Source: Bispira polyomma (taxonomy: Eukaryota). From it: DNA of 64,000 bases. The first letter of the stretch is position 1, and each line of letters starts with the position of its first letter. Location: positions 31,124,001-31,188,000 of the forward strand of contig OZ287749.1 in NCBI GenBank assembly GCA_965649765.1, in the 5' to 3' direction. This document shows, one piece after another, positions 1 to 12,850 of the stretch. Both the position numbers and the translations under genes were made by a program. Under the pieces are notes generated by a model, which searched no databases, was not told where the DNA came from, and worked only from the letters and a program-made list of their open reading frames with translations.

Positions 1-66
1 AACTTTGTCAATAACGTTGCGATTTAGATGCCTGGCATCATCAGTTAAACATCTATCATATCATAA
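1..66 (+). mobile_element. 3' tail of an L2-clade LINE
   Basis: Matches the 3' end of the L2 copy at 11697-11765 (ctttgtcaa...agatg(c/t)ctggcatca...tatcat) and the reverse copy at about 47160-47230. Confidence 0.5.
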
Positions 67-69
67 ATG

Positions 70-1370
70 CATGGCAAACTACAGGCTGATTGGGAGGCAC
101 AATTATAGTGGTTTACAAATACCTAATTACACGAAAATAATTAGAAGAAGTTATTAGGAAAATTAATGAGATTGGCAGTTACCATTGCAAAACAAGAATG
201 GCTTTCCTCTCGCTTCTGTTTGCAGTAATGGGCCTACTAGCATTAAATCAGATGTTGATAAGCACACAGAATGTAAATTGGGAGCAATGCATGGCCCTTT
301 TGATAATGCACCAATTAAAAACCGTCGTCCCCCCCCCCCCCCCTTTAATGACAAGGGACAAATCCAGCTAAGCTAATAGAAAGGAAATAGTAGACATAAG
401 TTGGACCCAAGGTTTGAAATGTGGCACACATTCATGGTATTAAGAATAAAGTTGCAAATCCTCTGTCAAGATGGACCGAGAACCGCAATTTGGAAGATAT
501 AGTGCAATGGCTGTCCCACACATGAACCCATGTTAAGGGTAAACCATAATATTTAACAAAATACTATATTCTGTTGTAAGGCCTTGGTAAAGCAATGTGA
601 CCTCACATATATGGGACAAGTGTTTGTCAAATCTATGTCCACACTCTGTCAGTAGTTTCTCACCATTGAAACAACTAGCAAGAGCAGGTATTATGGTTAA
701 AGCTGGCTATTCAGTGGTTATGGTCAAGTGGTATAAAATACTGCAAACAAATGATGCTGTAAAGCAGCTCATTTTGCCTGTCATACCTGACTCAGAATTA
801 TGCCCCATTAAAGCTAATAGAAATATTTTTAGCATCACTGCAGTGGGCAAAAATTGTAGTTACGCTTTTATGTACTTTAATCAAAGAAAACAATTATCAG
901 AGACACCAACTGTCGTAAATTTTCTCTCTTGCTAAGCGTGCATAATTTTGTGTAATTTAAAATAGTTTCAATTATGCTTGTACAGACTGTAATACCTTTG
1001 TTCCATCATTTGAGAGTGGACGTATGTTTAGGCGAGAGCATTTGCATATTATTAATAAAAGTACAATAATTTATTTAAAATTTGCCATTGCTTCAGTAAA
1101 TAATGGCTGACTCCTGGTTACCGCTGACAAACACCAGGCTTCATCGACACATCAAAAATGTTTTGCAGTTGCTTGGTTTGAACCACTCTGGACTGACCTT
1201 TCATATTCAATAAAAATGTTAGTCTACAAGACATACAGTGACATGGCACCTGGACGTCGGTTTGTGTGTGGTGCTATACACAGACTCTGCCCACGCTGGT
1301 TGTCAGGTAGCAGATTGTTTTAAGAATGTTCTACTCACTACCTTATGTGTGGTGATTGGTGGGCTGAAAC
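70..1370 (+). mobile_element. Heavily deleted YR retrotransposon (same clade as the elements at 4.6 kb and 32.7 kb)
   Basis: Frameshifted remnants in RT-RH-YR order: [65 protein letters not shown], and WLPLT..HGTWTS at 1110-1330. Confidence 0.85.
855..1076. mobile_element. About 220-bp insertion interrupting the YR remnant (possible solo LTR)
   Basis: The YR frame stops at GKN (855) and resumes at NLPLLQ (about 1078). The insert begins TG and has AATAAA shortly before a CA at 1064-1065. Confidence 0.35.
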
Positions 1371-2899
1371 AGTGTATTTGTCAGTAAATTGTAGAATTGA
1401 TTAAATTATAAATAGATGACATTAGTAAAATACCGCTAATATACATATACATATTACTAAAAAAAGTAAAATCCATACTAATTCTTAATTAGTAAGAGAG
1501 TTAATCAGTGGTGTTAATGTTCTTCATAAACAGATTATATTAACACTAATATGTATCTAATGGTGTGGGTGATACCCCCACACAAAGTATCCAGAAACTC
1601 CGTTGAATTAAAGCACCTATCTGGTGATGTCACATTGCCCCAATTTACTTTAGTGGGTGAGTCTTGGTGTGGTGGAAGGGGATTTTCAGGTAAGTCTCTG
1701 TCTCTCCCCTTTAACCACTGCTATAGAGAGATTCCTTTTGAGGCGATCCTCCGGATAGCTGCATGTAAAGTACTGTGGGATACTGTCCCCAGGGGTGTGT
1801 GGTGGTTTATCCTGTGTGGGTAACCATGGTGACACAGTGGTATAATCGTCCACTTGTTTGTTGTGAGGTGAGCAAGTGAAGTTAATCATGTTAACTGTGG
1901 CTTTTTGTCTCTGGTGAAACGAGGGGTAGTATTAGTGTGTCACATCCAATGGTTTTGGTAGGGCACAGTCTGAGTAGTGGTACTGACAGTAGTTTTGTTG
2001 AATATTGTTTCACTCAACACACATGAGTGGCCGATGTTACTGTCAGTGATCAGTGATGTTGATGCCTGACTAGGTGGATTGGTTATATCTGGTTGAGCAG
2101 GAAAATCGCACATGTCCTTGTGTGTTATTATAAACATAAACTATAGATATACATACACTATAGTAAAATCCATTGAGCCTGTAGGAGATTCATCAAACAC
2201 TGTTCCATGCCTCAATTCAGAAGCAGGTCCATCAAACAATGCTCAATCTATCCTACCACAATCAAGCAATCCAGACCTCTACCATGACCACAACTATCTT
2301 GAAAATCCAAAATTGACCCTAAATTCACCTTGTCCACGGTGTGGGAGATATCCTCATTCAGTACCATCCATTAATAAACTGTCACCCGAGTTAAAAACTA
2401 GCTTTCCAATACTGGTGCAAGTAAAAGGCTAAAAAGAAGGGTAAACAAATTAGCCAGGGCAATGACTAGCAATAACATAATGGCACAGGTAAAGGAAAAG
2501 TAGGACAAGAATGCTTAAGTGAAAGAAAACCGACAAGATTCTGTGAAACACAAGATGGATAAACCTCAGAACGTTAGTGATGAGGATTGTCATACAGTAA
2601 CTACAGCCACCAGATATAAGTATTATGATCATAAAGTCATAACTGATGCCGCTGTTTAACAATAACCTTGCCATACACCGACAAGCAATAATCAATAAAC
2701 CCTGGAACTAAATAATGCTTAATATTCAAAGCTTTACCATGGGCTATACAAATACAAATTCATTAATACAATTACATGAAACCTAAGTATATGTTGCAAT
2801 CCTGTTATATACAGACAGTAATAATAATTTCAGCCCCCATCAGAAAATCAGCCAGGCTATATTTAAAGAAACCAGTACTTAATATGGAGAAGAGAGTAT

Positions 2900-3560
2900 T
2901 GGCATATTATTTATAAATATACAATAATAAGTAACTTAGATTTATTTAAAATTTGGCACTTTTAAAAAGTGCTCAAAATCAACATATATTGGTCTCCAAA
3001 TAAATATTTATTGGCATATTTTTTAGTTTTTTTGTGTCTAATCTTGTACTTTATAGATCTTAATTGCATATGTGTCTTGGAAATTTCAGACAAAATTTCT
3101 CTGGCTAAAATACTCCATATCCCATATTCTGTTACCCTGTGCATTATAATATAAATGTAATAACAAAGCCTTATCAAAAGGAGTCAACTTAATTATCAGC
3201 TCATTGTATTTGTCTTTTGAATTAAAAAATAGAGCATTAACATTTAATAATTTTTTTATATTTTCGATGACAAAATTAAACATTTTTCTACCCTTTATTT
3301 ACATCATTTGGGCAATCAATAACAATGTGATGTTCATCGTCTTCAACTTATCTTCAATTACCTATTGATTACATATTGTATTTAACAAAGCTTTCTTCTG
3401 ATTTCTTGCCGTTTCTATTGCTGCTAGAGGTCCTGATCTTAACAGGGCAATAAGAAACCTTTGACATCTACTTCAATTTTGTGAACATATGGTTATGTTT
3501 CAATCTGGGTTTTATAGTTAATATATGTTCTTAATTCTAGCTAAGTGTGTGAATACTTTC
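2900..3560 (-). mobile_element. Degraded non-LTR retrotransposon ORF2 C-terminal remnants
   Basis: Minus strand reads ALLRSG..AIETARN...EDDEHHIVIDCP, a decayed LINE C-terminal IETGR..EDE.H...CP zinc-knuckle region, and LRSIKYKIRHK..ANKYL. Confidence 0.45.
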
Positions 3561-4878
3561 TTGCCAGAAGAAAATAATTAAAGCGCCATAGCTTACCCAT
3601 AGCACTGAATGTTTTCACTAAAGCAAAATTCTAAGGTACTATTGAAACATGTATCTGATGGCATAAGCCAGAGGCCGTATTCATACAACATGTCTTAAGT
3701 TTTAACTCATTCTTAATATTAACATTTTTCTCTTAAATGTTTGAGACTTCTGCGTGCTGTTAGTCTTAGTGTTAAGTGCAAAGTTCTTTTCTTGCTGTCA
3801 CTGGGACTTAGACTAAAATCTTGACATTTTCGGGCAAAATCATGGACCGGCATTTTAAGCTTCAGACTGAGCTATGATTAAGACCTAGATGCAGGAGCTT
3901 GACATCAGAAAGACAACTGAGACAAAAATGAAAACTATAGAAGTAAAATATCATAAAATAGGTGATTCTTTAGTTTATTCCTAGAGGACTGTAATGTACT
4001 GGCAGTTCTAACGCGATGTGTCAGGCTGATCCACAAAAACAATGTCAGAGCTAACCTTGCACTGATGTATTTTTGGTTTATATGTAGGGATCTGGAGATA
4101 TTTAGTACTTGGAACTCCATGTCTAGGATTTGACAGACACTACTAATTGCACAAAAAAAATGCTGGAAATGTTTTGGCAAACAAATAGTTGGATACGTGC
4201 AGTTTTGCAAGCACCACAGTGTCTATTTTAATTTAGTTATTTTTAGGTCGGTAACCTTCTAACGTGATCATTAGCCAGGGGATCACCATCTTGTATGACG
4301 AGTCTAAGATGAACCATGTGCGTGGTTGGACATATTGATAATATTCATGAAAACATGTATCTTGTTTTATCGTGGTTAATATTATATTTGTCTCATATTT
4401 ATGATTAATATATTTTTCTTATATAGGTGGACTGATAGAAGTTTATTTCAAAAGAAAAACGAAAGAATTCATTGATGTAGAATAAAATGTTTTATGTTGA
4501 AAAAGTAAACACAACTTTTTTTACTTCTGGGATTCTCGTGTTTGGTAACACATCATAACTGAACTAATTAGAAAGTAGGTCAAATTGCTAAGCTAAAGGA
4601 TTACTACTGAAACCCAGAATGTCACTCAGAACTGGAATAGACCCTCAAAAGTCTTAGTGGTGGGCTGACGCCTCGGAGTCAGCCCCCTCATTTCTGGTAC
4701 CAGGTCACTGGGGGTCGCATTTAGGCCACCAGGGGTCAGGGGGGCAGATATAAAAGGCTTTGGCGCCAAACAAGCGCCATCATTAATACTTTGAGAATAC
4801 ACCTAACAAGAGTGTTTTTACATGTGCGGCTTTTACTACCCTATGTCTTGTTTTTTAACGAATTTTACTTCAAAGTGC

Positions 4879-5720
4879 ATGATGTCTAAGAAGGAGTTTC
4901 AGTGCAGTGCATGTAGGGGCAAACATGAACGGCCAGTGGGAAAGAAATGTCGCTATGTGCTGGGGCATGGCGCCGCCGATGAAGTAACCACAGTTGGCCA
5001 TGCTACTACCCCTGAGATGTCGGATACAGTGTCAACTCTGATCTTACAGCAACTTCAGTCTCTCAACGAGACCAACGTGTACAGGTTACAGAGGCGGCGC
5101 TGTGCTTACCCAGCGCCAATAAGGCACGTAGTAATTTGTCAAATGTTACTGTAGCCAGTACTGCTAGTACTAGTGTCGCCCATAGTGTTGCTAGTAAATT
5201 AAGTAAAAATGTTGCCAGTAATGTTTCTGAGCCATCCGTTGAGGCAGTAGTCCCCTCTCTAGATTTGCTTAGATCGAATGAAAACCTTCAGTCTCAGGTG
5301 GATCAGCGTGAACTGCAGGTTCTTTTAAGAAGGCACATGCAAGTTCAATGCAAGTCACCGTACTTCTGGTCAGTTATTCAAGCATGTCTGTGAGAATTGT
5401 AAAGGGTTTGAATTTGAATTTGGATATTTAACGTCCACTGTAGTACCTTTTAGTAGGTTATATTGGGACAGGTAGTTGGAAACGCTGGAGGAAACACTGC
5501 ATACAGTCGGTCAAGGTTCTGCAGAGAAACCAGCGGCCCACAGTAAGGAACTACCACCTTTCCCACATAGGCATCGACAGGATTCGAACTCACGCCGCCC
5601 AGAAGTGAGAGACCAGTAATTGTGAAGCGCAATGCTTGCTAACCACTAGGCCACCGCGGCCCAGAATTGTGAAGGGGCCACCAGTCTAAACTGTGCACTA
5701 AAAAGAATGTAAAAAACTAA
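4879..5720 (+). pseudogene. Element A gag (internally deleted, SINE-interrupted)
   Basis: KEFQCSACRGKHERPVGKKC; VVPSLDLLRSNENLQSQVDQR, homologous to element [22 protein letters not shown]; CRFF.EGTCKFNASH..FKHVCENC..HQSKLCTKKNVKN*. Confidence 0.8.
5407..5662 (-). mobile_element. Full-length tRNA-derived SINE with 14-bp TSD (MetaSINE-like by recall)
   Basis: Minus strand begins GGGCCGCGG with A box TGGCCTAGTGG and B box GTTCGAATCC and ends in a (CAAATT)n tail. Flanked by agaattgtaaaggg (5393-5406) and agaattgtgaaggg (5663-5676). Confidence 0.9.
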
Positions 5721-5735
5721 GGGGCCACTGCAGTA

Positions 5736-7700
5736 ATGCTGAGAGAAAAAAAGTTGCAAAAGGTCTATTCGAGAGTTGTGTATAATTCTGCATTTACTGA
5801 TTTTAATCTGTGTGAAAAAGTATGTTTTAATCATGTGTTAAGTGTGTCAAAAAGGTCTTACAGGGACGTGGTGTTGGGAAAAGGTGTTTCTGACAAAACA
5901 AAACAAAAAGTTTCTGTGAGCAATGTTGGGATTAGTGAAAAGCAGGGTTTTTCTTTGAAAGTCAAAACTAGAACGTTCGGTAAAACAAAGGGTGTAAAAA
6001 TGAAATGTTTGAATAAGCCTTTACATTGTCCCAGCTCACACAATGGAAACTTCTGTGCCAACAGAATAAAATTGGGCTCTATTGTTAGCAGGACTAACAA
6101 AGTCTCACAGGTTGCCAAAGCCGGGGCAGACAATAGGGCCCCTCCCCCAAAAGGGGGGGCTCTTGGTCCCTGAATGTAAAATAAAGTGACCTGGCACAAG
6201 GTGTCAACAACCAAAGTGAATTCCAATTACTCGTTCACAATAGATTTGCATTATTAGACTCCCCTAGTGTACAGGCAGTAGAAACTATTGTCTCTGCCCC
6301 CGTGGCTGATAGCAAACCTTGTCAAAAGCTTCCAAATAAGCAAAAACGTACAAGAAAAACTCAAGTGAATACTTGCGATGACAAATATGCTTTGGAAGTG
6401 TACAAATGTCCCAATAAAAGACAGCGCTTAAATAATGCCAAAGACTGTGATATCTACAAGTTGTGGGATATTCAAAATAACGGAAAATTTGGTTTTATTC
6501 CACTTAGCTCGTGGGGTGGACCCATTCAAAAAGAATCACATAATAAGGTTGCTATGGACGTGTTCGCCCTACATAAGCGACTTGAACAAGATGGGCGCCC
6601 AAACTATAGGAGATTACAAATACCCGTGATTACACAATTGAATGCCCCAGAGTGGGAAAAATACTTGACTGGGTATTGGGATTGGGAACTCCCTTTACTT
6701 ATAAAATATGGTTTCCCCCTTGACTATGACGAGGAACATGTGTTCCACTCTGCCCACGATAACCATTCTTCAGCTACCCAGTATCCAGATCATGTGACTT
6801 ATTATTTAAAAGAGGAATGTAAATTTGGAGCAATGTATGGCCCATTTGCAATTCCTCCTATTGATAAAGTACATACCTCTCCTTTCATGACCAGGGACAA
6901 GTCGAGCTCTATTAACCGACGAGTTATCATTGACCTAAGCTGGCCTCTCGGACATTCGGTTAATGCAGCTGTATGTCCTACCACGTACTTAGGAAAGGAA
7001 TTTATACTCACCTATCCTTCGATTGATACAATCACTGAGCAGGCACTTGTCATGGGAAAAGGGTCTTTAATCTTTAAAGCTGATATAAGTCGCGCTTTTA
7101 GACACGTGACTATAGATCCAAGAGATATTAACTTGCTGGGACTGTACTGGGATGGTTATTACATCGACGGCTCGCTCCCGTTCAGTTATAAGCATGGTTC
7201 GGCCATCTTCCAGCGAATTTCGGCTGGAAAAAGGTATATAAAGCAAGGTGAAGGTCATCAGATTACGAACTACATCGACGATCTCCTTTGCTGCTCAGTA
7301 CCTCGGTCTGACTTTGAGTAAGAGCAAACTGGTTCCCCCTGCTACACGGGTGACCTGTCTGGGTATTGTCATAGACACTGTGGAGTTCACCACCTCCATA
7401 CCAAAGGAAAAATTATTAAATATCCACACCACTTGTGATAGCTGGACAAACAAAAAGTTCTGTACTAAACGTGAACTGCAGTGTTTACTAGGTTCTTTGT
7501 TATATATTTCAAAATGTGTGAAATACTCCAGATTCTTTCTCAATAGGATGCTCCACCTCCTCAGAAGCAACCATAAGAATAAATCAATCAAAATTACCAC
7601 TGAATTCATCAAAGATCTCAATTGGTTTAGAACCTTTCTTAGCAAATTCAATGGGGTGTCCTTTTTTCAACACAAACCCATCACTGCTATTATAATGTCC
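5736..7700 (+). pseudogene. Element A RT/RNase H ORF (frameshifted; RNase H mostly deleted)
   Basis: ORFs 5736..6173 (Lys-rich N-extension), 6302..7321 (RT core with NYIDD) and 7248..7781 ([21 protein letters not shown]). Confidence 0.9.
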
Positions 7701-8427
7701 CCATTCTGGCCTTCAGTGACCCACGATTTACTTACTATCAAAAGGCTGTCCAGATGTCGGCCCCTCTCCAGGTTAAACTGAAAAAATTATGGATATTCCT
7801 ACCTTGGGAAAGATTGTAACACTTTCACTCACCACTTACATGGGATTGGTGTTTTGAGCTGTATACCTAGTTAGCTTCTTTTCCTTCTTACGCCTTTCCG
7901 ACCTTGTTCCCCATGCTGTCCACTTTTTTTCTCCTTTAAAACATCTAGCACGTTGGGACGTTATGTTTCATCCTGATAAGGCTGTACTTTTCATCAAATG
8001 GTCAAAAATCATACAGAATAATAAACAAATCAAATTAATCACCATCCCTCATCTTATGGGCTCCCCCCTTTGCCCTGTGAAGTCACTTGAGGACATTATG
8101 GCTATTTCACCTACTGGTGTTAACCTTCCCTTATTCCAAGTAAAAGTCAACCACAAGTGGGTACCTCTAACCAACACTAAGGTACATTGTCATTTCACAA
8201 GTGTTCTTGCCAGATTGAATCTTAAAGAGTCTGGACTTACCATGCACGCTTTTCGTCATTCAGGTGCCACTTTTGCCTTCAATAATAATGTCAGCATACA
8301 AAACATACAAAACCATGGCACCTGGACCTCGGATTGCGTGTGGCGGTATGTCACCAACACTGTTGATGCTGGTAACCAAGTAGCTGACACTTTCAAGCGT
8401 CAACTTACAGTCTCCCCCCTTCCTTAA
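7700..8427 (+). pseudogene. Element A tyrosine recombinase (5'-deleted)
   Basis: [39 protein letters not shown]. Confidence 0.9.
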
Positions 8428-8561
8428 GCCTTTTTGCTCCTACCCCTACCTTTTGGGGCTTGGCTGATTGTCATATGTAAATGGTTTTGTAGCTGTAACT
8501 TATTCAGCTAATTCACTTATTACTTAAAGTATATGTAGATACTTCTAAAGCTCACTTAATA

Positions 8562-8735
8562 AATTACGTAACTTGCTAGTCGTAAACTCAGTAACTTAAC
8601 TGTAATTACGTAATTTCTTAGCAAACTCAGTAACTTAACTGTAATTACGTAACTTGTTAGTATTTAATAAAATCAGTAACTGAACTGTAATTACGTAACC
8701 TGATAGTCATAAACTCAGTAATTTAACTGTAAATG
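8562..8735 (+). repeat. About 42-bp tandem repeat x4 in the 3' region of element A
   Basis: Unit approximately aattacgtaacttgctagtcgtaaactcagtaacttaactgt, containing the palindrome TTACGTAA. Confidence 0.85.
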
Positions 8736-11309
8736 TCACACTTTAAAGCTATGCTTACAGTGCTGTTATTAACAACGTTAAATATATATCTGCCTATAAT
8801 GCAGTTCTACTTAAACTTTATCATAAGTTCACAGGTTATCGTAACTTCATTTGGACTCTAAGGTCACCTTTGCTTAACTGCCCACAGGGCTGTATAAATG
8901 TAATATGGACAATGACTTTTCCTAAAGGTAAGGTGACCTTACTAAATTATCAAAATTAGTAAACTAAATAAAATATTTATTGTAGGTGGCCTTAAGTCAC
9001 TTACTTCTGTAATATTACAATTAGTTATGGTGACCTTAAGGTACCTTGTACATAGTAGTCTAACATCTTAGTCTAACAATAAATAATTTACCGCATCCTG
9101 TGTATACATACCTGTGTTCTTGACCTCTGACCTTGACCTGTTACTTGGGGAAATGTATATAATAGACTTACATAAAGCAGCCTTCACCTCCCTCCGACCT
9201 GCCTTTTTAAAGGCTATCATTGTTTAACATTACCTGCAATATAATTAAAAACTAATTGTATAATTCAATAAAATGGTATACATTTTTATACCGTTTGAAA
9301 GACCACAATTAAGTACACTACACTGATTTGCAACACAAAGCAGGTCATCACAGCTATTTACATGGAAGCTGGTTTTTACATGTTGGAGTAAATCTGTTTG
9401 ACTTATTGTAAAAATTGCTTTGAGCTCTGATTTTCCACCAAAGGAGTACTGTAGCATATTAACCCACCCTCAAAACCTCTTCAAGACAATTGAATTATTT
9501 TAAATTCTTATCCATCATCCTCTGCAGAAAAAAATCAGTTAAAATGCCAGCTTCCAAAATTAGAAGTTTTCCATGTACGGATGACGTATTCTGCCACCGG
9601 CGACAGAAAACGAAAGTGAAGTCAGATCATGTATCCTTTCTTGGGCTAGTGTGGATGGGTTAGTTTGGCTATAAAATAACAGAATATCCATTGCAAAAGA
9701 AAAAAGTTAACTTTGAATCTCTTAATACGTAGAATTGAAAGGAAATCCCCGGCCATTTTATAATGGCTGCTGTCGAAATGTAGTGTACAAAATAGTACCA
9801 AAACGTGAATGTAAATAAAACAGCAAAATTACATCTCTAATAGAGAGATTAACTTAATACACATTGGTAACATATAAACATTTTTATGAAGTAATTGGTG
9901 TTATTTGAGTTTATTTATCTTCTTATAATATAACTACAAAAAGTGACTTTCAAATATTTGGGCACGTGACTTACTGCTTTTTAAAATCTCTTCTTTAGGA
10001 AGCTTTAGAGCTTATCCGAAAAAGACATGCTCCCAAACTAATAGATAGAAATATCACAAATCGACTGTTTCTAAAATACTAACAACCGTTTTAACCTGCC
10101 AAATATTTTTTATCATCGGGACGTCACAAACATGTTCTTGGGATATAGAAGTTCAGCCAAGAATGTAAATCTGTTTTTACCAGGCCACTTCAAGGCAGAA
10201 ACTTACAATTCTCTGTACAAAGTTACAGACCGGTGTAAAGAAGTGAAATAACCGGGTCATGTAAAGTCGCTTTAAATTACCAGGGGGATACCATACTAAA
10301 AGTCTTGTATTCAAATAAAATTGTAATTTTCATGATAATTAAGAAGTCTATTCAGTTCAGTTTTATTGAAACCTATATCCATCGGTGAATGATAGTCCAT
10401 TTCAAAGAAACCATATCAAAACCTTGAGATGTCCTCCAACACTATTCTTAAAGAAAGGGTGTGGGAAATTGAAAATCAGAGTGAGGGTATCACTTAAAAC
10501 CAGTTTTATATTATATGTACCTGTATAATGGGGGGAGTACCAGAATTTTTTTTTATCGTTGGTGAACATTTAAAAGAAAAGTATGTCGTACTTTTTGATT
10601 ATACAGTCAAATGTAAATACACTGAAACAAACACTCGTTGAGAGAAAACAAAGTTGGACACACAGTATAATTTTTCATAGAAGACAACAGCTAAATCTTG
10701 TGCCTAGAATAACAACAACTCTCTGCTTTCAAGGATATATATACGGCTTTGGGAAACAGGATTAGATCTAAACAATTCAGCCAGGGCAGATTAGGGGGTT
10801 GACAGAGAATGCTTGGAGTTGTCTTGACATTATTTATAGTTGACTGGCCAGTAATTATACAGCTGGCCTAGAAGATTAGAACATTATTTATTGCAGTCAA
10901 CTGATAGTTGTTTCTAAATGGTTGGAACTGGATGGAAACTTTGTATATTTGTTCTGTATGAAAATGTGTCATTTATGTGAGGATTCTTTTATTTGAGATA
11001 CGCTTCTGAGCTCCTTATCAAAGGGACCAATTTGAAGGGTGTAAATTAATATATTGCTATTACTATACATTTTTTTCTAGAGTGTGGACTTTACTAGAGT
11101 TACATCCCAAGTAACTTAGAAGTACTGAATATTGACATTTTAAAGCTAAAACATATCATAGCTTCTCATTTTGTCAATTTTTAATGAAGCTTTGTTAAAT
11201 TATTCCCACCAATCTTAAGCTCAACTCAGACTTAAACTAACATCTAAAGTCCCTGTATCTCTGGTTAGAGTAAAGTTAAGAAAAGTATATTTGAATTCAG
11301 CACTTAAAG

Positions 11310-11770
11310 CTCTGTTAAACTTTCTCAAAAGGCTACATTGGCTACCTGTCAAGTACAGCATCATTTTTAAGACCAATGTTACTACATGCAAAGCTGTAAA
11401 CCTATGTCAACCACCATATCTTGCCTCACTGTTGTCTTTCTGCAGATTTACTAGGGGAAACAGAATTTCAGTCTCTGATACCAAGACTAGTAAACGGATT
11501 AGATCCTATGCCATTTCTGCTGCAGCACCTACCCTATGGAATAATTTACCAACCAATATACGACCCCAGGACACTCTCTATTGCTTTAGAAGTAACCTTA
11601 AGACCCATCTCTTCACCCTCACTTACTCTCCATAGATACTTTTCTCCACCACATCACCCTGATCACAAATTTGCTTTGGCAACCGATGTTTTTTACGACT
11701 TTGTCAACAAAATTGTGCTTTAGAAGATGTCTGGCATCAATTGGACGCGTTAAAAAATATTATATCATTT
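11310..11770 (+). mobile_element. L2-clade LINE 3' fragment
   Basis: LKRLHWLPVKYSIIFK...PPYLASLL...AAPTLWNNLP.NIR....FRSNLKTHLF is the typical L2/CR1 ORF2 C-terminus, followed by a 3' UTR shared with other copies in the window. Confidence 0.85.
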
Positions 11771-12609
11771 TAAACTGAATGGTCACAAGCACCATAGGTT
11801 TATTCCAAGAACAATAAACTGATAATAAACTTCATTAATTAAATTAATTACCCTTCAAATGATTTATTTTGTATTAAAACAATTGTCAACATCTGTATTA
11901 TCTGAATCTAGAATGTATTTATAGAAAGATAGAGGTCTATATCTTTGAAAAGAATTGTACAAGCACAGAAATTAGCTTTTACCAATATAGTGTTCTTATA
12001 TGGCTGTTTTAATTGGTAACTTTTATATTCTACTATTTATGTTAATGTTCAAAACTAAATTGAATTAACCCCATAGGGTAAATAATTTAAGGTATCCTAT
12101 ACACAAGCTATGCAAATGTTACATTAAGGTTTATCAAGCGAACACATTCAATATAGTTGTAAACAAGCTTATGCTTTATACAACTACTGGAAGTAGGTTA
12201 GTAATGTTAGTAATGGTAACATAGTGGTTAAAGAAATACTAGATGTTAACAGACTCATAACTAATAACTTATTGTATAGTAATGTAATAATTGATAATAC
12301 CAACTAATGTGTAACAGTAACAATTGATGTTAGTCATAACACTTGATGTTTAACAGTAGTAAATGTTATGTAGTAACAAGGCAACTTGTTAGATTTTAAC
12401 AAAAGGTTTTTAAATAAACCACCAGACATGTTAAATCAAGTTTATTCTTTCGCTTCTCCTACAGGGACTGATAGCTGGGGTATAGTATTGTACTATACAC
12501 AAGCATCAGTGCCCTTGAGTCACCTTGATTATAGTGATGACACATGATGAAACGAGACAATTGGGAATATTAATTGTTTAATCTATGCTTAAGAGCTACA
12601 ATATTTACA

Positions 12610-12850
12610 GAACTTGAAAAGCTAAGGCCACCTCAGGTTTTTAAGGTTCCCTTAGATTAATGGGGATCTTAGGTTAGATAAAAGGTAAGGTTACCCTTTA
12701 AGTAGGTTTATGTATTTACTTTATTTTAAGGTCATCTTATTTTTAGATGCCTTGTGAGTTTAAGGTAACCTTAGATTTAGTTTAAGTTGATCTTAAATGT
12801 TTTGAGTCTAAGATGGCCTTATCTTAAGGTAGACTATATGTAAAATAGTT
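12610..12850 (+). repeat. Cluster of degenerate AAGGTNACCTT palindromes; probable relic of a YR-retrotransposon B repeat
   Basis: taaggccacct, taaggttccctt, aaggtaaggttaccctt, taaggtcatctt, taaggtaacctt and taagatggcctt show the same grammar as 8859-9140 and 32870-33125. Confidence 0.55.

Larger units (their letters stand above)
4600..9155 (+). mobile_element. Element A: degenerate tyrosine-recombinase retrotransposon (DIRS order, Ngaro/PAT-like) with gag, RT/RNase H, YR and a 3' B-type repeat region
   Basis: TATAAAA at about 4749; gag CxxC..H..C knuckle; RT motifs [23 protein letters not shown] and YIDD; YR HAFRH/HGTW/WRY. Internal deletions and frameshifts. The 3' end tacttggggaaatg|tata resembles the element C end taccccggggcactg|tata. 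The 5' boundary is approximate. Confidence 0.9.

Noticed and set aside
1500-2700. Short ORFs with coding-like composition (DHNY and CPRC motifs)
   Set aside because: No consistent frame or family motif could be recognised; probably decayed TE sequence, left unannotated.
5560-5662. Possible tRNA gene
   Set aside because: It has A/B boxes but an extended non-cloverleaf interior, continues into a SINE body and tail, and is flanked by a TSD.
9205-10275. Possible TTAA-flanked (Kolobok-like) non-autonomous element
   Set aside because: The terminal inverted repeats do not match convincingly by eye.
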